A stretch of DNA of 64,000 bases, taken from assembly GCA_020891255.1 (NCBI GenBank), contig BQFW01000014.1:1612001-1676000 (forward strand), in the 5' to 3' direction. The notes beneath the pieces were generated by a model. That model was not told where the DNA came from. It did not search any database and saw only the letters and a list, made by a program, of their open reading frames with translations. Of this stretch, positions 1 through 12,145 are shown piece by piece (position 1 is the stretch's first letter; every line of letters begins with the position of its first letter). The translations under genes were made by a program, and so were the position numbers. This DNA comes from Entomortierella parvispora E1425 (lineage: Eukaryota > Fungi > Mortierellomycota).

Positions 1-57
1 ATTATCAACTAGACTTCGGTTCTTACAGCCTTCTTAACCATCGTGTACCAGCCATGA

Positions 58-378
58 CAGAGTTTTGATGCAAGAAAAATAAGTAAATGTAGCCCTAAAA
101 CCAAAGGTGACGAGTATGAAGTCAACATCCGATATGAGGACTTCGACAGGAAGCTGAGTATCACATTTAAAAACCACACCGAGTTCAAAGTTAGGCCCAT
201 CGTTCATTTCGCGTCTCCTTTGGGAAAGCCATTGGTTGTGAGTCCTCCAAGTCTTCTGCGCATGGGGGGGGAAAGCCCTAACTGGGCCACTGGAAGGAGG
301 TGCGCCAAAATCACCAGGGAGCTGACTGCTTCTCTCATTCATTGTGCGGTGTCCTTTGGGGAGTTTGTGCTTGAGTGA
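58..378 (+). other. Possible terminal exon(s) of an unidentified gene entering from the left edge
   Basis: Stop-free frame 58-378 (SFDARKISKCSPKTKGDEYEVNIRYEDFDRKLSITFKNHTEFK...VLE*) preceded by a possible acceptor (catgacag). No recognisable motif. Confidence 0.2.
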
Positions 379-547
379 AAGAGCGAATGCACACCAGGAG
401 AGAAACAAAAAAAAAAAAAAAGACTTTTGACAGAGTAAAACAAAAAAAACCCAACTCTCCTTCCTGTCTTTCCGTGGCATATGCCACGGGCAGACACGCT
501 ATTGTAGTTTTCCTTCGGCGATCAAAACTGCCGTCTCTCAACTAAAA

Positions 548-1215
548 AATCTAACCAATGACTATGTCGTTATGTCGTTTGTTAGTTTTCCACCGACCAT
601 GGGGGGACTTTCCTTTTTGGGCGCCTTATCCGTCGACCTTGACATCTCGTATCCGCCGACCATTAACCACCGACCCCTCTCTAATCCGCCGACCTTCTTG
701 CCCCTCATCCGCCGACCACTCCGTTTCTTGACCACCGACACTTCCGTAGCCGCCGACTTGCGAAATTTTGGGGGGGGTTCAAACTTACCAAAAGTTGCGA
801 AGTAATTACTCTCTCCTGAACTTGTGAAAAGTAGATACCATGGATCTTATACCAATGTGTCTAGCAATATCCAGCTGGGTCCTTGAAACTTCTGCTGTTG
901 GTGACCGGCTGCTCGAAAGGACAGCGGTTGGTGAGAAAGACACCGCCGGTCTATAAGTCACCGATCTAGATTTTTTTTTCGTTGACATGAACAAAGTACT
1001 TTGGTTAGGTCGAGGACTAAGGAAGGGGTCGTCCGCAGATAAGATGAAGACAAGTCGGCGGATACGGCAATGGTTAGGTCGGTGGTTTAGAGAGGGGTCG
1101 GTGGTTAATGGTCGGCGGATACGAGATGTCAAGGTCGACGGATAAGACGCCCAAAAAGGAAAGTCCCCCCATGGTCGGTGAAAAACTAACAAACGACTGA
1201 GTCGTTGGTTAGATT
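548..1215. mobile_element. Non-autonomous foldback/MITE-like element with about 150-bp terminal inverted repeats
   Basis: 548-~700 (aatctaaccaa...gttagttttccaccgaccatggggggactttcctttttgggcg...ccgacccctctctaa) is the reverse complement of ~1085-1215 with few mismatches. Many subterminal CC(G/A)CCGAC motifs in inverted orientation on the two arms. No target-site duplication found. Confidence 0.8.
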
Positions 1216-1274
1216 CTTCGGTCTCTCAGCAACTTGAGAAGGTATCGAGGCAAAAGAGAACTGAAGCAAAAGAA

Positions 1275-1299
1275 TGCGACCTGTGTGGATTGAACACAC

Positions 1300-1340
<41 letters not shown>

Positions 1341-1347
1341 AGGTCGC
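1275..1347 (-). tRNA. tRNA-Phe (anticodon GAA), intronless
   Basis: Minus strand GCGACCT-TA-GCTC-AGTTGGGA-GAGC-G-TCAGA-CTGAAGA-TCTGA-AGGTC-GTGTG-TTCAATC-CACAC-AGGTCGC-A: 73-nt cloverleaf with all four stems paired, followed by a T-run (TTCTTTTG). Confidence 0.97.
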
Positions 1348-1654
1348 TATCTTGATTGATTGCTCTAATTCTGAGAAATCTATATTCTAAAGATAGAGAC
1401 TATCACGTGATCATATCACGTGTACATCATTTCGGTTCGCATTTGTCTCATCCTCTGCATGCATGCATGCATGCATCCCTCCCTCCCTATAACTTTTAAC
1501 CCTCTCCCAAGCACCTTTGCTCACAATGTAAGTTAAGCCTGTTCAGTGTTTTCCAATCCTGTGTATATTCTGGTTCATGCACATTGTTTGTACTTTGAGA
1601 ACCTGTGTCAATGATGTGCTTGTATCGATGGAGTGCCTTTTTTTTTTTGGTTCT

Positions 1655-2220
1655 GCAGCAAGGAGGTGGAAGGAGAAGTCCTTTTCTTTCTATTTTCTTT
1701 ATATACTTCCTCTTTCTCAGCGCATCCTGCTTAGCGTTGCGGCAGGGAGGCGGAAAGAGAAGTCTTTTTCTTTTTCGTATTCTCATTTGAGTGCTTCCTC
1801 TTTCTCAGCGCATCCTGCTTGGCGTTGCGGCAGGGAGGCGGAAGGAGAAGTCTCTTTCTTTCTATTTTCTTTATGTACAGTACTTCCTCGTTCTCAGCGC
1901 ATCCTGCTTGGCGTTGCGGCAGGGAGGCGGAAGGAGAAGTCTCTTTCTTTCTATTTTCTTTATGTACAGTACTTCCTCGTTCTCAGCGCATCCTGCTTGG
2001 CGTTGCGGCAGGGAGGCGGAAGGAGAAGTCTCTTTCTTTCTATTTTCTTTATGTACAGTACTTCCTCGTTCTCAGCGCATCCTGCCTAGCGTTGCGGCAG
2101 GGAGACGGAAGGAGAAGTCCTTTTCTTTCTATTCTCTTTTATGTACCTTGTCTTTCTCAGCGCATCTTGTTTAATTTTGCGGCAAGATGGTGGAAGGAGG
2201 AGTCTTGTTTGTCTTTCTCT
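1655..2220. repeat. Tandem array of ~89-bp units (~6 copies)
   Basis: ctcagcgcatc recurs at 1716, 1804, 1893, 1982, 2071 and 2156. The three central copies are identical and the flanking ones diverged. Confidence 0.95.
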
Positions 2221-2237
2221 CCATCCTCCACCTTATC

Positions 2238-4740
2238 ATGGATACCAATACCATAGAATAATTTACAGATACAGCTCCAATGGCCACTTCCGGGAAAACG
2301 AAGCGACTCTTCTCTCTCGGTTGATGAATCAGCAAAGGTGCAAGTGCAATGACTCGTTTGTCGCGTAAATATAGAGGTAACCATACTTGAAGACGTGATG
2401 TTAGGTCTCCAAGGAGGCAGTCGGTACACCCTCGATGTTATCTGTGATTCCTGTCGGTATATCCCTGATTCTATGCCTTCAATTCCAAAGACCGCTGATG
2501 ACAGGTAAGAACGCTTCTTTTTACTATTTCATCTGATCTTTACAGCAGACTACATATTTTTACCCACTCTCGCTAGCTCTGTCTGCACTATCAGTCGCAT
2601 CCGCCAAGCCTGCGCTTTCTTGTCTTGATGCGGCCTCTAACTACAGTTCATTATTTTGTCAGGCGTCGTCTTTGCCCAATCCCCCTTCTTCATCAGAAAA
2701 TGTAGAGTGCCCTCTTTTTTAAGAAGGTCTGATTGTGAACAGGTATGTCAGGGCTATTCTAATGATATCCGCTACTCTTTGAAATGGACCATAGGTCTCA
2801 ACTGCATTGCGTCAACTCATTAAGTTCAATCTTAACAGGACATCTTAGAGGAGCAAATGGTCGCAGTACAGTGGAGGATCAGACAACCTAGGAGTCGACA
2901 TGTCCCTCCCTACTCAAGGTGAGTAGGTGCAGGAGATGTTGGGTGTTGTCAGTAAAGGCCTTGACGCCATGGATACACCGTAGACGATGGTAGCAGATCT
3001 AAGCATAGACAGGCATAGGCGCGATGGAATTATCGCATCCACAATATTAAACACACAACTTGCACACCATAACTACTCCTGGATATCAGAGCATCTACTA
3101 ATTGTCTTCCATAGAGAGTTTGTATGACTTTTGAGTGTTTTTGGTTCAGCCCATTTGACATTTTTTCGCCTCAAACTTCCTCGAGATGATAGAAATAACG
3201 TAACTTTTAGCACAAGGATGCACGTTAAAAGAGAACTAGAAAGGTACTAAACCCACCGTAGTTTGGCTCTGAGCTTCAAGTGCTCAGCTGTATAAGGAAG
3301 AGCAGGACGCGGCGTAGAATTGTCTCTCGCCACGTAGAGTTCTTCTGCTTCTTCGTTGTCGTTGACACTGAGAAAGGGACATTGGTTCCATCTGTGCAAG
3401 GCGAGGTTCAAGTTAAGAGCGTTCGGAGAGATCACCAGAATACAAGGTTTAGGATACATTCATATCGCATACATGGGAGACACTCAAGACGATAACCAGC
3501 TGGTAGAGCAAGATGAAGATTTCTTCGAAGCGTCAGGTCAAAGCTCAAACACCAGCATCGGCGAATTCATGGCACTATTTTCCGAGGAGGATTGAAACGA
3601 GATAATATCTGATCTCCCATCTTATGAGCACTATGGCGAAGCAGCTGGCGAATACCTGGACAAGTGCATGGAAGTTTCCAGCATGAAGGATATGAGGAAG
3701 ATTCTGGAGGGGCGACAGAATGATCCTGAATGCAAGATCATATACTATTGTATGGATCAGTGGTAGGTTATCCTGGGTAGCTCTCAATCATTTTGTTGTC
3801 GATTGGCATGAACACATTATTTATCGTGTTATTTTGTCCATGATCAAAAACAGGGAGGAGCTACTTAGCATTGAGCCATCGCCTTTCCACTTGGCAGCGC
3901 AGTTGGGGGAGACATGGTGGAAGGATAATGCATGGGGGGTGTGCCGTCGTCTTACCACAGGTATTAAGGACGCCTTTATCATTTTGGGGGAGAAAACTGG
4001 TCACGACTCGGCGGAAAGAAGGAATCAGGATATTGGTACCATTGACCGAAAGAAAATTGGAGTCAAGGCAGATTTTCTATGGCGCACAGTTTCCACTCCT
4101 GATATCGACTGGTCAGCTGGAGAGTCAGCAACATTGTGGGACCCGGCATCTATGAAGTACCGGGACGAAGGTGTCTTCAAGCTACCTCGACAGCTTCATG
4201 ACATTTTAGTTGCAAGAACCGGCGAGGCTGGCGGCGTTGATTCCCTTCGCAAGGAATATGTATGCGGACTATTGACTGGAGGTAAGATTTGCTTTCAACC
4301 GCTTTTCAGTATATAGATCTGACCGTGTACTCATGAGCATTGTTAAAAAATGTGCTAAAAGGACCGGTTATACAACGGGTGCAGATCTGCTGGGGCACCA
4401 AAGGAGTAAATATCACGAGGTTTTTCAGATCGCCAGAGCGTCGTCTTTTCCCAAGCGTACAAGAGCTTGGAGTTAGCCTGATGGCTGTCCATGATCTCCT
4501 CATACTCCGAGTAAGAGATAGACGTACAGTGATGAAAGGAAGACGGGACACAGCTGACTGAGATACATTCTGGTATAATCCTTCCAGGCCACAACTCTCC
4601 GTCTATGCAATACGTACCAGGACTGCCGCCGTCAGCTCTCTGTAGCCTCTGCCAAGTCGAGGCGTCAGGAGCTGCTGCTTCCCTCCATTTCGCCCAGGGA
4701 AAAGAGGAGGAAGTTTAGTTTGCTATGTTCTTCTCCTTGA
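2238..4740 (+). pseudogene. Decayed multi-exon gene for a restriction-endonuclease-fold (PD-(D/E)xK-like) accessory protein
   Basis: The 3' exons splice in frame (3852-4280, 4361-4510, ~4590-4740) and give LGETWWKDNAW...LGEKTGHDSAERR...KKIGVKADFLWR...DWSAGESA...KLPRQLHDIL, ending SPREKRRK...*. Upstream exons carry several in-frame stops, e.g. TGA 3593-3595. The 5' boundary is approximate. Confidence 0.7.
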
Positions 4741-5260
4741 ACCCGGATCCAAGACAATCCACGCCACATCTACGTGGCCCAAGTGATGCTGATCGATACT
4801 TGCTATTAAAATGATAGCGGTTCTGTTGTACTATTGTTCTGCAACTCGTTTGACCTACTCGCTTGCTCTGTCCAATCTGGACGCCAAACACTGGTGCTTG
4901 TCATTAACAGACAAGGCAGGAGGAAGAAGGACAGGAAAGAATTATGGTGAATTGCAGACTGGGGGACAAGACAAGATAGCAAGGAAAACATATTCTAGCG
5001 TGAGGTGAGGGCTTAGGTTACAGATGACCCAGAAAGAAAGAGTACAGAAGTGATACCCAAAGGGATAACATATGAATGCTGGTATAGGGCAGGGCGACGA
5101 AGTCTGAACCCGCGGGGGAGAGAGGGGAGAGTAGAAATGATGGCGAGCGACTCAGAAAGTGAAGTACTCTCCACCTTACATCGGCTTTAGTGAATGTAGG
5201 CATGTAGATTTTTTTCCCCCCTGTATTCACAATTTTAATATCAAAAAGATCGTTCAGTTC

Positions 5261-6203
5261 TCACTGCAGACTTTGAAAGATCTTTGCAGCAAGACTGGCG
5301 ATAATGGCAGCCTTGTGGGCATGCTCCAGTCGACCAAATGCCTCCATGACGCTGACGCCCTTGATGTCTCTGATCTCACCCAACTTTTTTCCACCATATC
5401 CTCCCTAAAAAGAAAGAAAAAATGTAGATATTTGTAACGAAATCGGGTTTCACCAGGTTCAGCAAAGATCCAATCGAGAAATAATAGAAAGTGAAAACAG
5501 GGGAAAGTAAAAACAAGGCACATGATCACATACCATGACGGCTCCAGGGATACCTCCACAAATGAATCCCAGAGCAACACCAGACGCCAATCCAATGGGC
5601 GAATAAAACGAGGTCGGATTCTGAACTTCGGGACGCAGCAGTTCTTCAAAAACGCCTCCAAATACAGTTTCTGCCTCTGCATGGTGTGATGCATTGGTAG
5701 ACCAGGCGTTCTTGGATTCCCGGGATCGTGATCTCCGAGCATTGTCGTATTCCCGACGCCTGTCCTTGTTAGACAAAACATAATAGGCATCTAGAAAAAA
5801 AATGCAAGATATTTAGAACTCCCCGTTTCACTGTCATCGTGCAATATGTGGAAGCTGGGTGCAGTCGGGAGCGACAGGAAGTCATGGATTCACACAGGAG
5901 GCATAACATCAGCTCTTACCCGCAACCTGCTGGAATAACACTGTAGCTTCTTCCTTCGACAATGGCCGCTCTCCATCAGGGCCTCCAATGTTGGTTGTCC
6001 TATCAGGGTGTGTCCTGAGCGCTTCACGCTTGTAAGCCTCTCGGATCTGGTCTGCACTCGCAGTCTCGGGGACTCTGAGGAGTTCTAAGAGTGTCGGTAG
6101 ATTATAAAAAAGTGAACCGAGGGTCAGCCGTTGGTTGCCAGTTAAAGTTGCTTCGGAGGAACTGTCAGAGATACATACCGTAGTAGTCAGGAAAACTGCT
6201 CAT
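5261..6203 (-). CDS. Small J-domain (Hsp40-type) protein with C-terminal glycine-rich hydrophobic segment, 4 exons
   Basis: Spliced: [37 protein letters not shown]...LFQQVADAYYVLSNKDRRREYD (HPD motif)...IGLASGVALGFICGGIPGAVMGGYGGKKLG...FQSLQ*. Confidence 0.9.
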
Positions 6204-6587
6204 GTTCGTTGGTGATTCTCAGCAGGAGAGAAGGAAATGGTATAATGACAGCAAAATGTCGTTAAGAAAGAGGAGAGAGGAAAGTTGGAGAATGAAAGGA
6301 AGGAAGGAATGGGGAATGGGGAATGGGGAAATGGGAGAACGGGAGAATGGGAGAATGGAGAAAGGCTAAGGCGAACGTGGCCCATGCCAAGAGGCCCTTT
6401 TTTGCTCCTCCGCTCCTTGCTGAGCCAATCACGCGCGCGCTTTGCAGGATGCTTCGCCCGTTGGCGAGAAAAGTTGGGCATATTCTGGTTTTATTACGCT
6501 TTGTACTTTGTACAAACGACGGCTATCCTGGTCTTGCTGTCTCTGTCCTATTTGCTTGTAGGCCTCCCTGTCCGCTTGAAGGTCTCC

Positions 6588-7704
6588 TCAGATGGCAAAG
6601 TTGTACTGGTATTCAGATTCGGTGTTCTGGGCAACCCACAGAATCGCCGCACTAGAAAATCAAACAAAAAGGTTTCACAACATAGATGTCAGGAACAGAT
6701 GACGTGAGGACCCCCTGTCAGTATCCTTTCTCTTCTCAGTTTCTGGGTCCTGGTGAAGCCTTACCTTGTCATGATCGCTGCATTCTGGACAACGTTGTAG
6801 ATTCCCCATGAGACGAAAGGTTCACCATATCCTGAAATCAGATACTTGATGCACAAAATCGACTATCAATAAAAAGGTCGAGCCAGAGAGATGAAGTGAA
6901 TTAGAATGATATGTCGTCGCCCTATCTTTGACTCCTTTCATGTGTGCTATTGCTGAATCCCTCCATTAGAATATGGTCTCTGACAGTCAACGCACCACTG
7001 ATCCTGCAAGTCCTCCTGCCATGAATGCAAAGCCGACAAAGAGGAATACGCGAGCCTTCCAGGCTACGCTGGTGCCACCTCCACTTGAAAACGAAAACGA
7101 GTCTCCCCGAAGAGCGGCCTTGTCAATACAATTGATCCTATAAAAAAACAATTCAGAGTTGTTTGTTTGAATGAAAATGTGCACACAGGGGCAGGTCAAA
7201 TGATCCCATCCACGATAGCAATCGGAGTCAGCTAAAGCGTGTCGTCCAGTCCATGCCAACCAACTCAATAAAAAGACATACACAATCATTCCCAAAGTAC
7301 TGCAGATGCCTGGCACCCAATCCACAAACTGAACAGAGGTCTTTTTGTATCCATCGTCATAGTTCCAGTTCTTGGAGCGGATGGCAGCATCGATAAAGAA
7401 CCACCAGCCCAGAGCAAACTATCATTTTTTTTTGTCAAAGAAAAAAAAAGTAAATGGCTGTCAGCAGACATGGAGCAACAGTAGGTGGAATGCAAAGCAC
7501 TTTTGAGTGCATTCGCTGACATTTCAATGCTTCCGATGCATGCGCGCTTTCTTTCTAGAAAGAAAAAGGGAGGGTTTGCTTTACCAATGCCCCAGAGATG
7601 TATACGCCTGCATCGCGAGCCCTGGGACCAAGGCGAGGTATCCTTGGGATGGGGAAGAGGCAAATGCGCTTGTGGTGTTCGTTGAGGTTCCACTGTGATG
7701 ACAT
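6588..7704 (-). CDS. VPS68: Vacuolar protein sorting Vps68 (UPF0220/TMEM50 family), 5 exons
   Basis: Spliced: ...GVYISGALFALGWWFFIDAA...FVDWVPGICSTLGMIVINCIDK...AWKARVFLFVGFAFMAGGLAGS...VQNAAIMTSAAILWVAQNTESEYQYNFAI*. Confidence 0.9.
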
Positions 7705-8864
7705 TGCAAGGTGGTCGTTGGGTTGGTTGCTGGTAGAAAGGTGAAGTTGGTGCAGGGCAGAAGGGAAGGAGGACCGTTGACGTGAGGGCAAGAGAAGTCT
7801 CCCGCGTGACTCGGCTGCATCCCCTTAATCGTCAAACCTTCATTTCCTCTCGCCACCAAAACTTCCGCGCGCGCTGCTTTGCCGCTTTGGAGAGACTGGC
7901 TGATGAGCTTGCTTGGGCGGAAACTGAAGAACAGAGCATGCAGTGGCGAGGCTAGCTCCAGTACTTACGTTAGGCAGACGGTCAGCGCTAGCTTTCTTTC
8001 TCTCTCTACATCGTCTTCCATAGTATTATGGATTTAACATCCGGTGGTTGCATGTATCCCATTGTTCTGTCCTTCTCTGGCTTCGACAACTAGACCTAGA
8101 GTTGGTTCGGGCCTCGCTCTTGCCGCAGCCCTGCCACCGATGGTCACAGCTCTAAATCTACGGCAGACTTCCATGCATGGCTTTGATCGTAGCCAACAAC
8201 CCAATTCGTACGAACGCGATACTCACGCAGGGGTCAACAGAAGGATAGTAAACTCGAGCGGTGGCCGTGATTTTCCCTTACAGGATGATGTTTACAATCA
8301 CCTTCATCGACTGACTTGGAGTTGTAGTCTGCTGACCACTCGCGAGACGCCGTTAGTATTTACCTAACAAATCCTAGTGCTTCTTTTTCAGCGTCGCAAA
8401 CTGAAGAAACTGTCGTTCATCCCTCAGGTTAAATTGAATGAAGACTCAAGCTTGTTGACAGAGCCGTCGAGGATAGGCGAGCACAAAAACTGAGCGGTAA
8501 GGTAAATAGGTTCTCAGCGACCGAGTGTATTTGAAACGCAGGCAAGGTCCGCGAATTGCGATTGCAAAAAAAAAAAAAAAAAAAGAGTAAGAAAATCAAG
8601 CTGGTGACTAGAGTTGTCCAAGATTTCGGCACTGGGCTTTCAGCATTCAAAGAGTTTCTCGATGGTCCCTGGTCTGAGCCCTCTGGTGTTCCATGACAAG
8701 TAGATTAGAGCATTGTATTTCTCAGCAAGGGTCAATTTCATAAAGTTGAAGGACGGTCGATCGACTCAACAGGTTCAAAACATATCAGCGTTGGACTAAG
8801 ATAAAGAAGTTTGTATATTTTGCATAGAACTTGGTCCAGGTCATCTTGATATGTTTGTTCATAC

Positions 8865-10725
8865 TTAAGATCCAGCGGCTATTAAGAGATGGTGGGCGTG
8901 TTAGTACCTGGGTCATGATATAAGAGATCTCTACAGTGTATACAGTATCCTCATAAGCCTTACTATAAAAGTACACAGACTCCCAGAGGGGCTGGTAGTC
9001 GCGAACAATGCCCGCAACAAGGGAAATGAGGGGCTTCTTGCTGGCCGACTCGCAAAACTTGTGCAAGCGCTCCCTATTCAACGAAAACGTAGATGTTTGT
9101 TTGTAAGCCAATCGCCAAATATGAACAATGTCATTCTTCTGTCATGCTCGCTAATCTTTGTCCAAACAGACATAATCTCCTTTCCAAATGGATTCTCAAA
9201 AAAAAAAAAAAAAAAAAGGAGAGACTTACTTTGTGAACCTGTCATAGAAGGGGCTACGAAGAACATAGTACAAGAGGAGCCACAATCGCCTCTTCATCTC
9301 ATCCTTCTCCAGGGCCGTTCCAGAGCTGCCACGACCAGCCGCTGAAGGACCAGACCGGCTGGCCAAAAAGGAGTTGATACTTGTCCTGGAGGCGAGTTCC
9401 AGGGCCAATGATAGGAACCAAGGGTACCAAGATTTTTGACCATACTTGCGCATCGCGAGCACATAGATCAAAGGTCGCAGCACAAAGAGGTATTCGCCGA
9501 AAGCTCCAAGGCCTCTCATCATACCAACCAAGTCACGAGGCTTTCGAACCACATCAGGCGTCAACACCTTGCTCAACAAGAACTCGGTCACGTCCGAGCT
9601 CTTGGAGGACAGTTTGCCGCCGGAGGTGCTCTTTTGCACAGCACTCAATTGCAGTCGAGGGGTTCCTGTCCTGGATCCAGTCCAATGGCTTTCCTTGACA
9701 GACTGCTCGGCTTCTGCCAGATCAGCCAGAGTCGAGGGGTCGACATCGCGTTCAGTGTGGACAGGATACATGATCATCCTCTGGTTTGTCAAATGGAGCA
9801 AACTCAATCGTCCAGCCACCCTATCACGAGGCAATAAAACAACATTTGTCCTTGGTAAGTACACAAAAAAAAAACACGCAGGCAACGGCATTTTTCGTCC
9901 AAAGCGATAATAAAAGCCGATTGCCCAACATTTTCCAATCGCGTGAAGGCAGACGAGCAACTGGTTCACAAAACGTACTTGAATGCTTCCAAGGCTGTGA
10001 TTACGCGCCACTTGTATTGCTGGCCCCACTTCTTTTGCACGCCCATTTCGATCAAAACTTCCGTGTACTGGATCACGGTGAGGACCATAGCAATTCTCTT
10101 GTAAGTCAATGAGTTGCTCTGCCAATCCCGCGTGTATCGGTTCAAGGGCGAAGGTGTGGGGCGATGGGTGGCTGGCAAGCTTGCCACATGTCTGGTGAGG
10201 ATGGTATCATGGTAGATGCCAAGCAGGTTCAGGGTCGAGAACACTAGAAAGTGGTTATCAAAATGTTAGTATCTTTCAATGCAGGGAGGGGAAGGGAGGA
10301 CTGGGGTTCAATTGGCACAACGATCCTTTTTGTATGAGTGAGAAAAAGATAGCGGGTGCTTCTTCAGGGGTGGGACAGTGAGAAGGCAAGCAGAAACGGG
10401 ATCGATTCATATTAGAAAAGAACAGTATATTTTTTCCTTACAAGCTTCCGAAGCGAGATCGGCATCATCGAATCGGCCTATAGTTGGAGAGAACGGGAAC
10501 AGGTGAGCAAAAGGGTTCTCCACGAGTGACAAGGCGGAAAAGGAAGAGGAAGGCAATCGATGCAAGGTAGGAAACTACTAAGACGCCTCTCAAGCCCCTG
10601 GGTGAACACTGATTAAGCACTCTACCTGGCAAGATATAGGTCAATGACCTCAGTGTGCTCTCGATACTGGAGACCTGAGAGGCATTCTTGAAGATGAATG
10701 ACTCGTATTTTTTCAAGAAGTCCAT
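8865..10725 (-). CDS. PEX16: Peroxisomal membrane protein Pex16, multi-exon
   Basis: MDFLKKYESFIFKNASQVSSIESTLRSLTYILPGRFDDADLASEA...GEYLFVLRPLIYVLAMRKYGQKSWYPW...RRLWLLLYYVLRSPFYDRFTK...GIVRDYQPLWESVYFYTAGS*. Confidence 0.92.
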
Positions 10726-12145
10726 TGCACGTTTCTTCGTTCACTCTCCTCCTTTTGTGTGCACGAGAAAAAGGTTTCTGCGGGAGAGCGAATGAGAATG
10801 AGGACGACGATGAGAGGAGAGTTGGATTGGGTGAAAAGACGATGAGAAGAAAGAAAAAGAGATGAGCTGGTGTCAGTCTAAAACGCTTCAAAGGGACATC
10901 AGAACGGAACGAGGTGGAGTCTGCGAGCCGAACATTTGAGTCTCACGAGTGGATGAACACGCAATTTACATTGGGAGCTGATCAGTCAGAGGAGGCAATC
11001 AGACGCCAGTGGGTTTCTTGCAGGTTAGCGATGACGGGAAGAAGGAATGAGGATGAGGTGGAGTGGGGGAAGGCAGTGGCGACGGAGAAAAAGTGGGGAG
11101 CTGAGCAAGTCAAAGAAGCCAAGGCTCAAAGCACCGAACACCCGCACACGACTGGCTGAACAGGTGAACTGGCATTTTGGCTCCCCCGGATCGATCGCGA
11201 GCCAGCATGTCTTTCTGCCGAGTGACACCCTCTGTAAAGAGCACTGTGTCGTTGACACGTGCCACTCTCGCCTAATGCAAACAGCCCTGTTGCAGCTCTT
11301 GCGATCCATATGTCTTCCTGGGTGAAAGGCTTCCCCGCGTTTGCCACTAATCTCTTTCTTTTCAAGAGCGAAAGCTGGCAGGAAGTGGGGACAGCATCGA
11401 ATCGAGGCTGGAGTGGGGTGGCCACATATATGCTGTTTATCCTTGTGTTCTCAAACAAAAGGAATGCCCCGTCCCTTGCAGCCCCCCACTCCATCCCCCT
11501 TTTTTTGATGTCGTGCCCCCACTGTCTGCAACCCCCATCAAAATGAAAATGGACGGTCGATGGCTGGTTGTTGGCTGGTCCTCCAAGGTCTGCGCCGCAT
11601 TTTGATCTTGCCCTTTGCTCTTCAACTCGGAGTTGTTCAACAATTCAACAAGTCGAGACTCGCGCGGGTGCTGAAACAGCTCGTCGAGCCACGGGAGATC
11701 GCGCCCATATTTGGCAGCCAATGCTCACAGGTGTCACGATGGCGACTTGGATGCTGATGGGAACCTGGCCCAGTTGGGGCTCTCATTGGACGACAGTCAG
11801 CAGCGAGGCTGTCTGCTGCTTGTATGCCAGAAGAGTCAAGCACCAATGCAGACGGTGGAACAACACAACACAAGGCAAGGTAGGCGGACAGACCTGTTCT
11901 TTTCTTGGTTCGTCCGTTCCTCTCTTGCTCTTCTTTCCTTCCTTCCTTTCATCCTCGTCCCCCCTTTCCCTTTGACCGCCCCTTCTTTTCCGTTCCTCTT
12001 TTTGTTTTTATTTTGAAAACACCACCCCCTCGCACAAAGCTGCATTCCACCTCTCTTCTCTTCTCTTCTCCTCATCCTCGCCCTCTCTTGCTGTGCATTC
12101 CACCCCGCCTCATTTCCACAACGCACAACAGCCTAACAAAAAACA

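Noticed and set aside
1655-2220. CRISPR array (also considered for 16936-17826)
   Set aside because: The intervening segments are copies of each other rather than unique spacers, there are no cas genes, and the context is eukaryotic.
6721-6729. U12-type 5' splice site GTATCCTTT
   Set aside because: It lies on the plus strand inside an intron of the minus-strand VPS68 gene. All introns I assembled use ordinary GT-AG sites.
7890-8490. Hidden plus-strand gene upstream of VPS68
   Set aside because: Splice-like sites and short coding-like fragments exist, but I could not build a phase-consistent ORF or recognise a motif.
8785-9111. Separate 108-aa gene
   Set aside because: It is the penultimate PEX16 exon read through its flanking introns.
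11437-11721. Small minus-strand gene between PEX16 and SLC35F6
   Set aside because: Non-ATG start, upstream stops and no recognisable domain.
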